From assembly GCA_024275415.1 (NCBI GenBank), contig JAJRZD010000051.1, positions 1 to 32,000 on the forward strand: a DNA stretch of 32,000 nucleotides, written 5' to 3'. The translations under genes and the position numbers were made by a program. The first letter of the stretch is position 1, and each line of letters starts with the position of its first letter. The stretch comes from an archaeon (GTDB lineage Archaea > Asgardarchaeota > Thorarchaeia > Thorarchaeales > Thorarchaeaceae). The notes under the pieces are model-generated. The model ran no database searches. It was given only the letters and a program-made list of their open reading frames with translations, and was not told the DNA's origin. Positions 1-8,564 of the stretch are shown in pieces.

Positions 1-513
1 AGACTGGTTGTACTGCCAGCTATAGGCACTCCAAGGTTCGAACGAGTAATCAAAATCCTCGAATCTGAAATCGAACCCAGCTGAAAAGTTCCAGTTTGCG
101 CTAATATACCATCCGTTGAATCCTACAGAACCGATGTCTACACCCTGAAGGATATCCTTCGGAACTGTTACTACGAAACTGATGACCTCATCAATCTCAG
201 CATAACTGTCTGGTGTAAGCAAGGATCCGTTTGCATGGTATATCTCAAAACTTGGCTGTGGTCCAAACAGCCAATTCTTGCTTTCCCACGTCCACTCATC
301 ACTAGTCGTGTTCGACTCCTGTTGCCAGCTCGCCCATGTACCTGACGTTGATCCACCCTGTGCAGGTAGATATGGTTTTTGTGAATAAACGATTGAAGAA
401 ACATCAGGTTGTTCAGGCACTGGTGTAGCAGCACCCATTTGAATCATCGAAATGACAAAAAGTCCAACAGCAACTAGAGATATGAATGTACGCTTCCTTT
501 CCTGTAGTCGCAT
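1..513 (-). CDS. N-terminal part of a secreted/surface (glyco)protein, runs off the window start; missed by ORF track
   Basis: Manual translation from ATG at 513 is open to base 1: MRLQERKRTFISLVAVGLFVISMIQMGAATPVPEQPDV... Basic N-terminus plus hydrophobic signal-like segment, N-glycosylation sequons (NTT, NGS, NFS, NQS), SD-like AAGGAG upstream. Confidence 0.85.
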   Translation of the reverse strand, partial: MRLQERKRTFISLVAVGLFVISMIQMGAATPVPEQPDVSSIVYSQKPYLPAQGGSTSGTWASWQQESNTTSDEWTWESKNWLFGPQPSFEIYHANGSLLTPDSYAEIDEVISFVVTVPKDILQGVDIGSVGFNGWYISANWNFSAGFDFRFEDFDYSFEPWSAYSWQYNQS

Positions 514-696
514 ATTTCATAATCTCCTTAAATGCACCTAGGTCTGACTTGTATTAATTGCTAAATGTCTGGTAGCGGATCAGACAACATTCAGACCATA
601 TCGGCGCGCATGTTATTCTTCAACATCTGTTAGTCACATTCAAATATAAGGTAATACCTGATGTATATTTTAGTTATTTTAGGCGAAATTTATTAA

Positions 697-735
697 AATA
701 AAAAAAGAAGGAACCACGACATGAATGGTCGTGGT
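697..735 (-). terminator. Hairpin plus U-tract, terminator-like, downstream of the 918-aa gene
   Basis: Perfect 8-bp stem ACCACGAC (713-720)/GTCGTGGT (728-735), 7-nt loop, followed on the minus strand by TCCTTCTTTTTTTATTTT. Confidence 0.65.
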
Positions 736-749
736 CTGACTTGTTATTT

Positions 750-3506
750 TCACGGGAAGACACTAAAGATGAAGACGACAATCCCCGTTATATGCTCTTC
801 AATCAGCGCTGCGATCAACAGGAAGAACATGATAAAGGCGAAGGTACGCCAGATCTGCCTATCTGTGAGCAAGCTCTTTGATTTCTCGACAAAAGCGTCC
901 CATTCCTCATTAGTGACGTACTGTCCTAGATCGCGAGCAATACGGATTGACGCTGCACCTGCGAAGAGAAATGTCGGGATCTCAACTATTCCGTGAGGGA
1001 GCAATCCGATGACGTAAAGAAGGGCATTCCCACCTAGTATCGCTTCTGCAGTACCCAACCCTGCAACCCACAGTGCAGTAGACAATATCTCAGCGATCGC
1101 TAAGGACATCAGAGCATAACGGATATAGACCAGAATGAAATCTTCTTCTTTCTGTTCAGTGAGCCCTGTCGCATCCACCTCGTCATCGGAAGTCGATGGG
1201 GATGTAGGAGTGTCTTTTTTGCCCAATCCTAGCTTTGAGAAACCCGCAAGTATCATTGGTAGGATGACTATGGCGATGATGGTGAATTGGTCGTCATAGA
1301 CAAAGTACTCCAATGCAAAGAATACTAAGATTGGTGGTAACCACCATCCACCCGAGTTGCCACGTCCATAGTGATTGAGAAGGAATATCAATAGATAGAC
1401 TCCAAAGAGGATGCCATACAGGATTCCAGCCCGGAGACCTAATTGTGCAACAAAAGTCCATGGCCATGTTGGACTAAAGACATCAGTTGCGGGGATGAAC
1501 ACACCCGCGGCAAGGTCACTCATCGTCCAGAAGATGGATGCAGCCCCTACGACAAGTACCAGAAGCAACGCTGTGTACCCAATGAACTTATCGCTTTTCG
1601 ACTTCTTTTGTGCGGCGACCATCCAGAGGATGACCATCCAGAATAGAGGACCTGCAACCAGCATCAGGAATGTCCGAATTATATTATGCTCAGCGACAAT
1701 CATAAAGAAGCTGACATTCTCTGCCAGTACGAGTTCCAAACCGTCAGGATTTCCAATCTCGGCAATGAGAGAGTACATCAACCAATACAGGTCGCCGGGG
1801 TTAACGAACGCACTAAGGATGATGACTCCAAGGGCGGAACCTAGAATCCCAGCAGCAAATAGGACTACCACATCCATCACGTCCTGCTTCTTTACATTGA
1901 CTAGTGGAGAGGATTCAATTCCTACTTCTTCCTCCCATGACTCCTTGAAATGGAAATAGTAGAGGATGAAGAGGACGACAGAAACATAGAGTGGCAGATT
2001 GATCACGAACTGCGATATGATTCTGAATAACAGTTGATCGGGAGAGGGCACAAGCATGAACGGACGTAACCAGTAGAATAGGGTCACACCTGAACCTACC
2101 GGTGTTACAAAGAGGTTCACGAGATAGTCCATCCCAGGGAGTATGAACCAGATTGCTGTAGAAACAAACACACCAGAGAAGAACGCAAAGCCTTCATTCT
2201 TTCCACCGACCATTTCCTTGATGTATGAGCCAAACACACCAAGGAATATCATCATGCCAAGGGGTATTAAGAGCATCAACACTGCCCAAGTGGCAGGAGG
2301 GATAAACTGCGAAATTGAGGAACCATTCACAATCCTGTTGAATACATGACCGTCAACTTGTCCTGGAAAGAAAAGGATTGACCCCATCTGGTTTACTGCA
2401 TAATTCAAACAAACACCTGCGACGGTTCCGACAAACAGTCCGATAACAATCAGGCTTGTGAAACCACTAGCTGCAATATTTTTGATGAAACCAATCATGC
2501 TAAATTCTGACAGATTCCTACGGACACCTGTGATACTTTCGAATACCTTCTTGTAGAGCACCACAGAGAAGTCTTCTACCAATGGAAGCATTACGATGGC
2601 ATAGAGGATTGGAACGGCTGCCAAAGCCAATCCAAGAGAATAATCACGAACCATCAAGTTGAGGGTACCATTGACGTAGGAACGCACAACATCAAAGCCA
2701 ATTGTCCCGATGGAAAGCAGCAGGTTCAACCTGAAGAACCATCCGAGCACACCACGCATCATTTCAGACCCGAGATTTCGATTACCGAGAGTGATTCCTG
2801 CACCCTTTGCGATTCGGTTCGATGCAGGATACCCAAATCGGTAAATCCAGATAGCGAATATGAGAATTCCATACGCATATGGATCAAAAAGTGGGTCATA
2901 TAATGGGCTGAGGTACAAAGAGATAGAGGGGATAATCGTGACGAGCCCTATTAACAGGTAGTCACGCCATGATTCTCGCCAAGCTTTCTTTACGACTTCT
3001 GGATCCAGTGGCTGTGGCTCAATTCCCTCGAACTTGATGTTGTCAAGCCTATCACGCAGCCCTGAGTACCCATCAGACACTGGCTCTTTTCTCACAATAC
3101 GCTTTATCAAGTTGCTGAACTTCATCTTGAGAGGATCCTGCAATGCAAGCTTTATCATGATGACCAGCTGACCAAAGAGTACTGCCATGAAGGAAACCAT
3201 GATCCAGATGAAATAGGTTTGAAGGGCATTCGCAAATTGAAACAAGAAGTCCAGTGCTAACACCCAGAAAAGTTCACCTGATTTTGGCTGGGAGTCATAA
3301 TTAGACGGCACGACAGGATCTGAGAGAAATACATTCAGCAGAGTAAATCCAATCGCATTGATATAGAGGATTGCAATAAATGCCTCTATGTACTGATTTC
3401 GTTTATCGCCAAAGAGCAACGTGTACAACAATGTTACAATCAGTGCTGGCAATAAACTCATGATGAACGTGAAAGGTGTGATGACAGCCATTGCCTTAAT
3501 CTCCAA
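750..3506 (-). CDS. Large polytopic membrane protein with C-terminal SpoIIM-family domain
   Basis: 918 aa, about 20 or more hydrophobic segments; C-terminal LLPHGIVEIPTFLFAG and LIAALIEEHIT match SpoIIM family motifs. TTG start at 3506 or ATG at 3491. Confidence 0.8.
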   Translation of the reverse strand: MEIKAMAVITPFTFIMSLLPALIVTLLYTLLFGDKRNQYIEAFIAILYINAIGFTLLNVFLSDPVVPSNYDSQPKSGELFWVLALDFLFQFANALQTYFIWIMVSFMAVLFGQLVIMIKLALQDPLKMKFSNLIKRIVRKEPVSDGYSGLRDRLDNIKFEGIEPQPLDPEVVKKAWRESWRDYLLIGLVTIIPSISLYLSPLYDPLFDPYAYGILIFAIWIYRFGYPASNRIAKGAGITLGNRNLGSEMMRGVLGWFFRLNLLLSIGTIGFDVVRSYVNGTLNLMVRDYSLGLALAAVPILYAIVMLPLVEDFSVVLYKKVFESITGVRRNLSEFSMIGFIKNIAASGFTSLIVIGLFVGTVAGVCLNYAVNQMGSILFFPGQVDGHVFNRIVNGSSISQFIPPATWAVLMLLIPLGMMIFLGVFGSYIKEMVGGKNEGFAFFSGVFVSTAIWFILPGMDYLVNLFVTPVGSGVTLFYWLRPFMLVPSPDQLLFRIISQFVINLPLYVSVVLFILYYFHFKESWEEEVGIESSPLVNVKKQDVMDVVVLFAAGILGSALGVIILSAFVNPGDLYWLMYSLIAEIGNPDGLELVLAENVSFFMIVAEHNIIRTFLMLVAGPLFWMVILWMVAAQKKSKSDKFIGYTALLLVLVVGAASIFWTMSDLAAGVFIPATDVFSPTWPWTFVAQLGLRAGILYGILFGVYLLIFLLNHYGRGNSGGWWLPPILVFFALEYFVYDDQFTIIAIVILPMILAGFSKLGLGKKDTPTSPSTSDDEVDATGLTEQKEEDFILVYIRYALMSLAIAEILSTALWVAGLGTAEAILGGNALLYVIGLLPHGIVEIPTFLFAGAASIRIARDLGQYVTNEEWDAFVEKSKSLLTDRQIWRTFAFIMFFLLIAALIEEHITGIVVFIFSVFP

Positions 3507-3588
3507 GAACCTAATGACTTACTAGTTTGACCCGTTAGTAAAAAAGGTTCGTGGGATAAGTTCCTCTTTTTTTCACTGACCGGAAGTC

Positions 3589-3596
3589 TTAATATA
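3589..3596 (+). promoter_or_regulatory. TATA-like box upstream of ferritin
   Basis: TTAATATA preceded by purine-rich CGGAAG, about 50 nt before the start codon. Confidence 0.4.
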
Positions 3597-3643
3597 TCTG
3601 GGATAACAATTGTGAAGTGTGTTATATGAAGCACAGGTGAGAT

Positions 3644-4174
3644 GTGATGGAGATTAGCCAGAAACTAGCAGACGCAATCAATGAACAGATTAACTTTGAG
3701 CTCTATTCAGCTTTCCTTTATCTCTCAATGGCAGCCTGGTTCGAGGAGAAGAACCTACCAGGATTTGCTCATTGGATGGAGGTTCAATATCAGGAGGAAT
3801 TCGCTCATGCCATGCGCTTCTACCGCCATATCACCGAGAGAGGTGGTAGGGTAGTCATGAAGACTATCGAAGGCCCCAAGACTGAGTGGTCATCAGCTTT
3901 TGAAGCGTTCGAGGATGCATATGAGCATGAGAAGAAAGTGACCGCACGGATCTACAAGATTGGTGACATCGCTGACGAAGAGCGCGACAGAGGAGCCCAA
4001 GGTCTCCTTCAATGGTTCTATGATGAACAGGTTGAAGAAGAAAAGAATACCAGTGGTATCAGGGATCAACTAAAGATGATAGGGGATTCTATGCAGGGAC
4101 TCTTCATGCTCGATAGAGAGCTCGCCCAGAGACCAGCAGCAGCACCGCCACCGGCTGATTCAATGGCACCTTGA
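3644..4174 (+). CDS. ftnA: Non-heme ferritin
   Basis: NEQINFELYSAFLYLSMAAWF, EEFAHA, EHEKKVT, EQVEEE ferroxidase-centre motifs; SD AGGTGA; likely start ATG at 3647. Confidence 0.96.
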   Translation: MMEISQKLADAINEQINFELYSAFLYLSMAAWFEEKNLPGFAHWMEVQYQEEFAHAMRFYRHITERGGRVVMKTIEGPKTEWSSAFEAFEDAYEHEKKVTARIYKIGDIADEERDRGAQGLLQWFYDEQVEEEKNTSGIRDQLKMIGDSMQGLFMLDRELAQRPAAAPPPADSMAP

Positions 4175-4187
4175 TTTTCTAGTGGAA

Positions 4188-4210
4188 TCCCGGTCCCGTG
4201 TGGGCCGGGA
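4188..4210 (+). terminator. GC-rich hairpin after ferritin, terminator-like
   Basis: CCCGGTCC-cgtgt-GGGCCGGG stem (one G-U) followed by T-rich GATTTTTGCTTTC. Confidence 0.5.
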
Positions 4211-4277
4211 ATACTGATTTTTGCTTTCAGCAGAGTTCTTATGGGAGAATAGCGCTTGCATTTCTCAGTGATAGACT

Positions 4278-6275
4278 ATGTTATTGCCCGATGAAATGAT
4301 TGAAAGTGTTGTTGACACGATTTCCGGATGGTTGGCAAAAGACTATGTCGCCAATATCTCAAGGTTTCATCGCATCCAAGCGAGTCCGGGATTGCTTGAG
4401 GCGCTTGAATATGTGAAAGGCGAAGTCGAACGGGTTTCAGATGCAAAGACAGAGATGCATCTGTTCACTGCAAAAGGAGAAGGAAGCATCAGCAGATGGG
4501 AACAGGTATATGGGTGGTCACCAAAATCCGGCAGGTTGCAACTCATCGAGCCTGAGAAGAAGACGCTCGCTGACTTCACAGTAGAACCAATCTCATTGGT
4601 CGCACATTCGAAGGACGTTGACGTTGAGGCTGAGGTCGTTTTCATAGGAAAAGGCGTACGGCCATCGGATTACGAAGGAAAGGATGTCAAGGGTAAGGTT
4701 GTGCTTACCACCACCAGAGCTTCAATCGTTCATAGGATTGCATGTGTCGAGCAAGGTGCAATCGGGTTGATGACTTTCATTCCACCATCAGGAAAGGATG
4801 AGATTGCAGACATCAGAAGATACGAGGCAATATGGCCTGATGCAGGGAAAGCTGGAGATGCTACTTTTGGGTTTGCGCTCACTCAAGCAGATGGGCTAAA
4901 GATTATGAATTGGCTTGAGGAAGGGAAAAAAGTCAAGGTCAGGGCAAAGGTGGAGGCTAGTCTAGGAGAGAACAAACAGGGCGTTCTCTCAGCACTTCTT
5001 GAGGGAAAGGATACCTCGAAGGAGATCTGGGTCATATCTCATATCTGTCATCCCCATCCGGGTGCCAATGACAACGCCTCTGGAAGCGCAGCACTCCTTG
5101 AGTCCTTGAGGACGATCAGTACATTGGTTCGAGATGGCATCATTGAGCAGCCGGACTACTCTATCCGTTTTATCTGGATGCCAGAGTGGATGGGTACAAT
5201 CGAGTACATAGACAAGGAGAAGGATGCCCTGTCACGGTGCAAGTTCGTCATCAATGCAGACATGGTGGGAGCAGACCCTTGCAAATCAGGTTCTATGATG
5301 AATCTATTCAGAACGCCCTACTCCCTACCAAGTACTTTGAACAATGTAGTGTCACATTGGATGTGTGTCGAGTCTGATAGAGGACACGATGCGTCCAAAG
5401 GGGGAACCATGGCGCCTCTGTCATGGAGATATCTCCCATATTCTGCGGGGAGCGACCACTTCATGTTCACTGATCGTACAGTAGGAATCCCAGCCATCAT
5501 GCTGAACCAGTTCCCAGACAAGTTCTATCATACATCGGAAGACACAGTGGACAAGATTGATGTGGGGCAAATGGCAAGAACAGCACGTATTGTGACGCTC
5601 TCAATCCTATCGTTGGCGCACCCGAGATACACCTGCAAGGAACGGCTCCTTACCATTTGTAGGAACGAGTTTGTCGAGCTCATGAACAAGGTAACTACCG
5701 AGGCAGTGACAAAGCTGGGGAGATGTACAGACGATCCTGAGAAGGTGTATCCTCGTGCCATGAAGTGGCTCGAGTATGCCAAGAACCTTGGAATCGCCAC
5801 GCTGGATAAGGCTGAAGAAGAATGGTACCTGATTGCCGAACAGAAGGAAATCAAGGATGCCCTGAAGACAAGTCTTGACATGTACTATACCACTGAGATG
5901 GCAGTGGCACGAAAGGCTTACTTGGGCGCATGTGCTGAAGTTGGGCTGGAGGCAAAGGACGAGGGTCAGTTCAATTTGGCATCATTCGAGTCTCAAATCG
6001 AGATAAAGCGAAAGCTGGAATACGCCCTCCCACCCAGTCTATTCATCAGGACGGACACCGCAAGAGCCGCGAAATACATGAAGCTTATGGAGGAACACAA
6101 GGATTTGACAGCCAGAATTGATGAGCTTCTCAATCTGTGTGAGGGCTGGACGCCACTGGGCGAGATCTGGAACCGGCTTTGCTTCCAGTTCGGCATGATG
6201 GAGCTGAGCCTCCTTGAAGATGTGGTCAGAGACCTCAGAGATATGGATGTGATAGAATATCGAGAGGTTGAGTGA
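4278..6275 (+). CDS. M28-family metallopeptidase with PA domain (DUF4910-like), helical/winged-helix-like C-terminal extension
   Basis: HICHPHPGANDNASGS, WMPEW, INADMVG, GSDH, YHTSEDT Zn-peptidase motifs; PA insert DVKGKVVL. Confidence 0.85.
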   Translation: MLLPDEMIESVVDTISGWLAKDYVANISRFHRIQASPGLLEALEYVKGEVERVSDAKTEMHLFTAKGEGSISRWEQVYGWSPKSGRLQLIEPEKKTLADFTVEPISLVAHSKDVDVEAEVVFIGKGVRPSDYEGKDVKGKVVLTTTRASIVHRIACVEQGAIGLMTFIPPSGKDEIADIRRYEAIWPDAGKAGDATFGFALTQADGLKIMNWLEEGKKVKVRAKVEASLGENKQGVLSALLEGKDTSKEIWVISHICHPHPGANDNASGSAALLESLRTISTLVRDGIIEQPDYSIRFIWMPEWMGTIEYIDKEKDALSRCKFVINADMVGADPCKSGSMMNLFRTPYSLPSTLNNVVSHWMCVESDRGHDASKGGTMAPLSWRYLPYSAGSDHFMFTDRTVGIPAIMLNQFPDKFYHTSEDTVDKIDVGQMARTARIVTLSILSLAHPRYTCKERLLTICRNEFVELMNKVTTEAVTKLGRCTDDPEKVYPRAMKWLEYAKNLGIATLDKAEEEWYLIAEQKEIKDALKTSLDMYYTTEMAVARKAYLGACAEVGLEAKDEGQFNLASFESQIEIKRKLEYALPPSLFIRTDTARAAKYMKLMEEHKDLTARIDELLNLCEGWTPLGEIWNRLCFQFGMMELSLLEDVVRDLRDMDVIEYREVE

Positions 6276-6763
6276 CTCGGATGACCGAGAGGCTCTACAA
6301 GAAAGTGGTATTCGCTGGGACGTTCGACCGCCTACATGAAGGACATAAGTATCTGCTCAGGACAGCCCTTCGCATGGGCGACATCCTCGCGGTCGGGCTC
6401 ACGACTGATAACCTGATTCAGTACAAGGCTGATCGGGAGAAAATCCAACCGTATTCCGAACGATACAGAACGCTGGTGGAGTTCTTGACATCAGTGTGCC
6501 CAGAAGAGAGATTTGAGGTGTTCCCAATCGACACGAAAGAAGGCGGAGCTGACAAGATGGAGGATCTTGAGGCGCTCATTGTATCTGATGAGATATCAGT
6601 CGTGAAGAACGCCTTCATCATCAACGAAATGCGGGCAAAGAACGGACTGACACGCTACCATATCATTGTAATCCCACGAGTCCGATCGCCAGACGGGAAA
6701 CCTCTGTCCTCATCAAGAATAAGGGCGGGAGAAACATTTGACAATCTTGACCTGATCCGGTAG
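6272..6763 (+). CDS. coaD: Phosphopantetheine adenylyltransferase (archaeal/eukaryotic-type cytidylyltransferase fold)
   Basis: GTFDRLHEGH (HxGH), VGLTTD, LEALIVSDE, LSSSRIR; GTGA overlap with upstream stop. Confidence 0.85.
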   Translation: MTRMTERLYKKVVFAGTFDRLHEGHKYLLRTALRMGDILAVGLTTDNLIQYKADREKIQPYSERYRTLVEFLTSVCPEERFEVFPIDTKEGGADKMEDLEALIVSDEISVVKNAFIINEMRAKNGLTRYHIIVIPRVRSPDGKPLSSSRIRAGETFDNLDLIR

Positions 6764-6764
6764 C

Positions 6765-8018
6765 CTACGGAAAGAACAGGTGCCTCGCATGTGTTTCTCT
6801 GTATTCGGGGTGATCCATCATCTCGACATATATTATCGATTTGGCAAAATCGCTCATCTGGTCTTGTAGCGTTTCATCGAACAGGAGCAGCTCAGCCCCT
6901 ATAAGCGCACCTCCAACCTGTTGTCGAGTTTCGATAATATTTGGAAAGTAAGGAAACAGCCCGACCCCATAGGCATCCTCGATGTCAAGTCCATTCCCGA
7001 AAGCTCCGGTAATATAGAGATTTTCGACTTCTTCGGGAGTGCAACCAGCTTCTTTGAGGAGGATTTCGATGACTGCACGTATCGAGGCTTTAGATTGTTG
7101 GAGTATCCGTATCTCCATCTGATCCATATGAATGGGGAGTTGTGCATCAAATATGGCTTGGTCAGTGAACAGCACACGAACGACACCGCCCACAAGGTCG
7201 ATCTTTTCAGGGACGCTATCTCGGTCAATCGAACCCTTGCTATCGATGATTCCCAGAGACCTCAATGCATGCAGGGCTGAGATGACTCCCACTCCGCAGA
7301 AACCAGTGGGGGATGCATTTTCGATGGTTTCGAAGGAGAAGCTCCTCTCTTCGACGTTTGCAATCACCCGCGTAATAGCTCCTGGGATTGCTGGGACGCC
7401 CCATTCTAGTGCCATGCCTTCAAATGCAGGGCCTGATGCAGCCGATGCAATCCATACCCGACCCTCCTTTTGCAAGAGTATCTCAGAGTTTGTCCCGATA
7501 TCCAACGCTAACGAAGGGGTCGAGTCATCAATCATATGGGACCACAGAACCACGCAGAGGGCATCAGAGCCAACATATGAGCCGACCAAGGGAGGGGAAT
7601 AGCAGATGGCGTTCGGGAGCGCCAATCCAATCTGGTTGGCAGGAATTCTCAGCTCATCTGTATTTACGGCAGCGTACGGCTCGACCACAAGAGACTCCAG
7701 CGGGTATCCGAAGAGAAAATGATGCATGACTGTGTTCCCGACTGCGACGACTCGCAAGACGTCTGAAACGGACACATGATGTTTCTCAAGGGTGTTTCTA
7801 ATCTGGGTCTTGATAGACTGGCGCAGCATGGTTCTCAATGGCGAAACGACGCTAGGCATGTTCAGCTCGTGGGATATCCGAGTGATGACATCATCACCGT
7901 AAGTATGTTGAGGATTACAGAATGTCCTTGTATCGATTCTCTTCCGCAATGTGATATCGTTCAGGCTCAGAGTGATGGAACTAGTACCGACATCGACAGC
8001 TATTCCATAGTTGGACAT
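6765..8018 (-). CDS. ASKHA ATPase of the RACo/RamA (DUF4445) corrinoid reductive activator family, lacking N-terminal FeS domain
   Basis: GIAVDVGTSS, NPQHTYGDDVITRI, VGNTVMHH, LDIGTNSEI, ASGPAFEG, GFCGVG, TGAFG motifs. Confidence 0.88.
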   Translation of the reverse strand: MSNYGIAVDVGTSSITLSLNDITLRKRIDTRTFCNPQHTYGDDVITRISHELNMPSVVSPLRTMLRQSIKTQIRNTLEKHHVSVSDVLRVVAVGNTVMHHFLFGYPLESLVVEPYAAVNTDELRIPANQIGLALPNAICYSPPLVGSYVGSDALCVVLWSHMIDDSTPSLALDIGTNSEILLQKEGRVWIASAASGPAFEGMALEWGVPAIPGAITRVIANVEERSFSFETIENASPTGFCGVGVISALHALRSLGIIDSKGSIDRDSVPEKIDLVGGVVRVLFTDQAIFDAQLPIHMDQMEIRILQQSKASIRAVIEILLKEAGCTPEEVENLYITGAFGNGLDIEDAYGVGLFPYFPNIIETRQQVGGALIGAELLLFDETLQDQMSDFAKSIIYVEMMDHPEYRETHARHLFFP

Positions 8019-8051
8019 ATCGGGCGATTCCTAGCACGCACATGTGAAATA

Positions 8052-8498
8052 TTACCGAACAATCATGACTGGGCATCCAGCCTGATTGGTGACTTTATCA
8101 CTTATGGAACCGGTGAAGAGCCTTCGGATTCCGCTCAACCCCCTTGAGCCCATGATTATCAGATCCACATTGCGCTCTTTTGCAATCTCAATGATCCTGC
8201 CTGCGGGGTCACCATGGTCAAGTAGGTCAGTCACAGGAACTGAACCTGCAATCTTCTTCGCCTTCGAAAGGATGTCCTCGCCCACTTTCTGAAGGGCAAG
8301 AAACGGCTGGTCAGAAACCGTGTCATGATAGGGAGTTGCCGACACTACCATGGGTACAACATGCAGGAGGATGATCTCTGCGTTCAAGGCGGGCCCGATA
8401 GCACACCCATATCGTACAGCTTTCTCTGAGAACTCAGACCCATCGACCGCTACCAGGATGGTCTTGATTTCCACGCTCTTATCCTCAGGTTCGTTCAT
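8052..8498 (-). CDS. Universal stress protein (UspA family)
   Basis: ILVAVDGSEFS, GDPAGRIIEIA, DLIIMGSRGLSG...GSIS...CPVMIVR. Confidence 0.95.
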   Translation of the reverse strand: MNEPEDKSVEIKTILVAVDGSEFSEKAVRYGCAIGPALNAEIILLHVVPMVVSATPYHDTVSDQPFLALQKVGEDILSKAKKIAGSVPVTDLLDHGDPAGRIIEIAKERNVDLIIMGSRGLSGIRRLFTGSISDKVTNQAGCPVMIVR

Positions 8499-8564
8499 GT
8501 CCTAGCCTCTGGATTGTTAGACAACTAGCGACCTTATACAAGTTTCCCCAAGTTGTATGATGCA

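Noticed and set aside
171-434. 87-aa minus-strand ORF in the track
   Set aside because: Out-of-frame overlap with the real partial gene at 1-513.
1411-1959. 182-aa plus-strand ORF and the many similar 60-160 aa ORFs in the track
   Set aside because: They lie opposite or out of frame within well-supported genes and have non-protein-like composition.
3603-3614. GATAACAATTGT upstream of ferritin as a Fur/DtxR-like box
   Set aside because: Only a short partial match and an 8-bp palindrome in AT-rich DNA; within chance.
4130-4174. Pro/Ala-rich ferritin tail as a possible encapsulin cargo-loading peptide
   Set aside because: No LxVGSL/GSLGIGSL-type motif and no encapsulin gene in the window.
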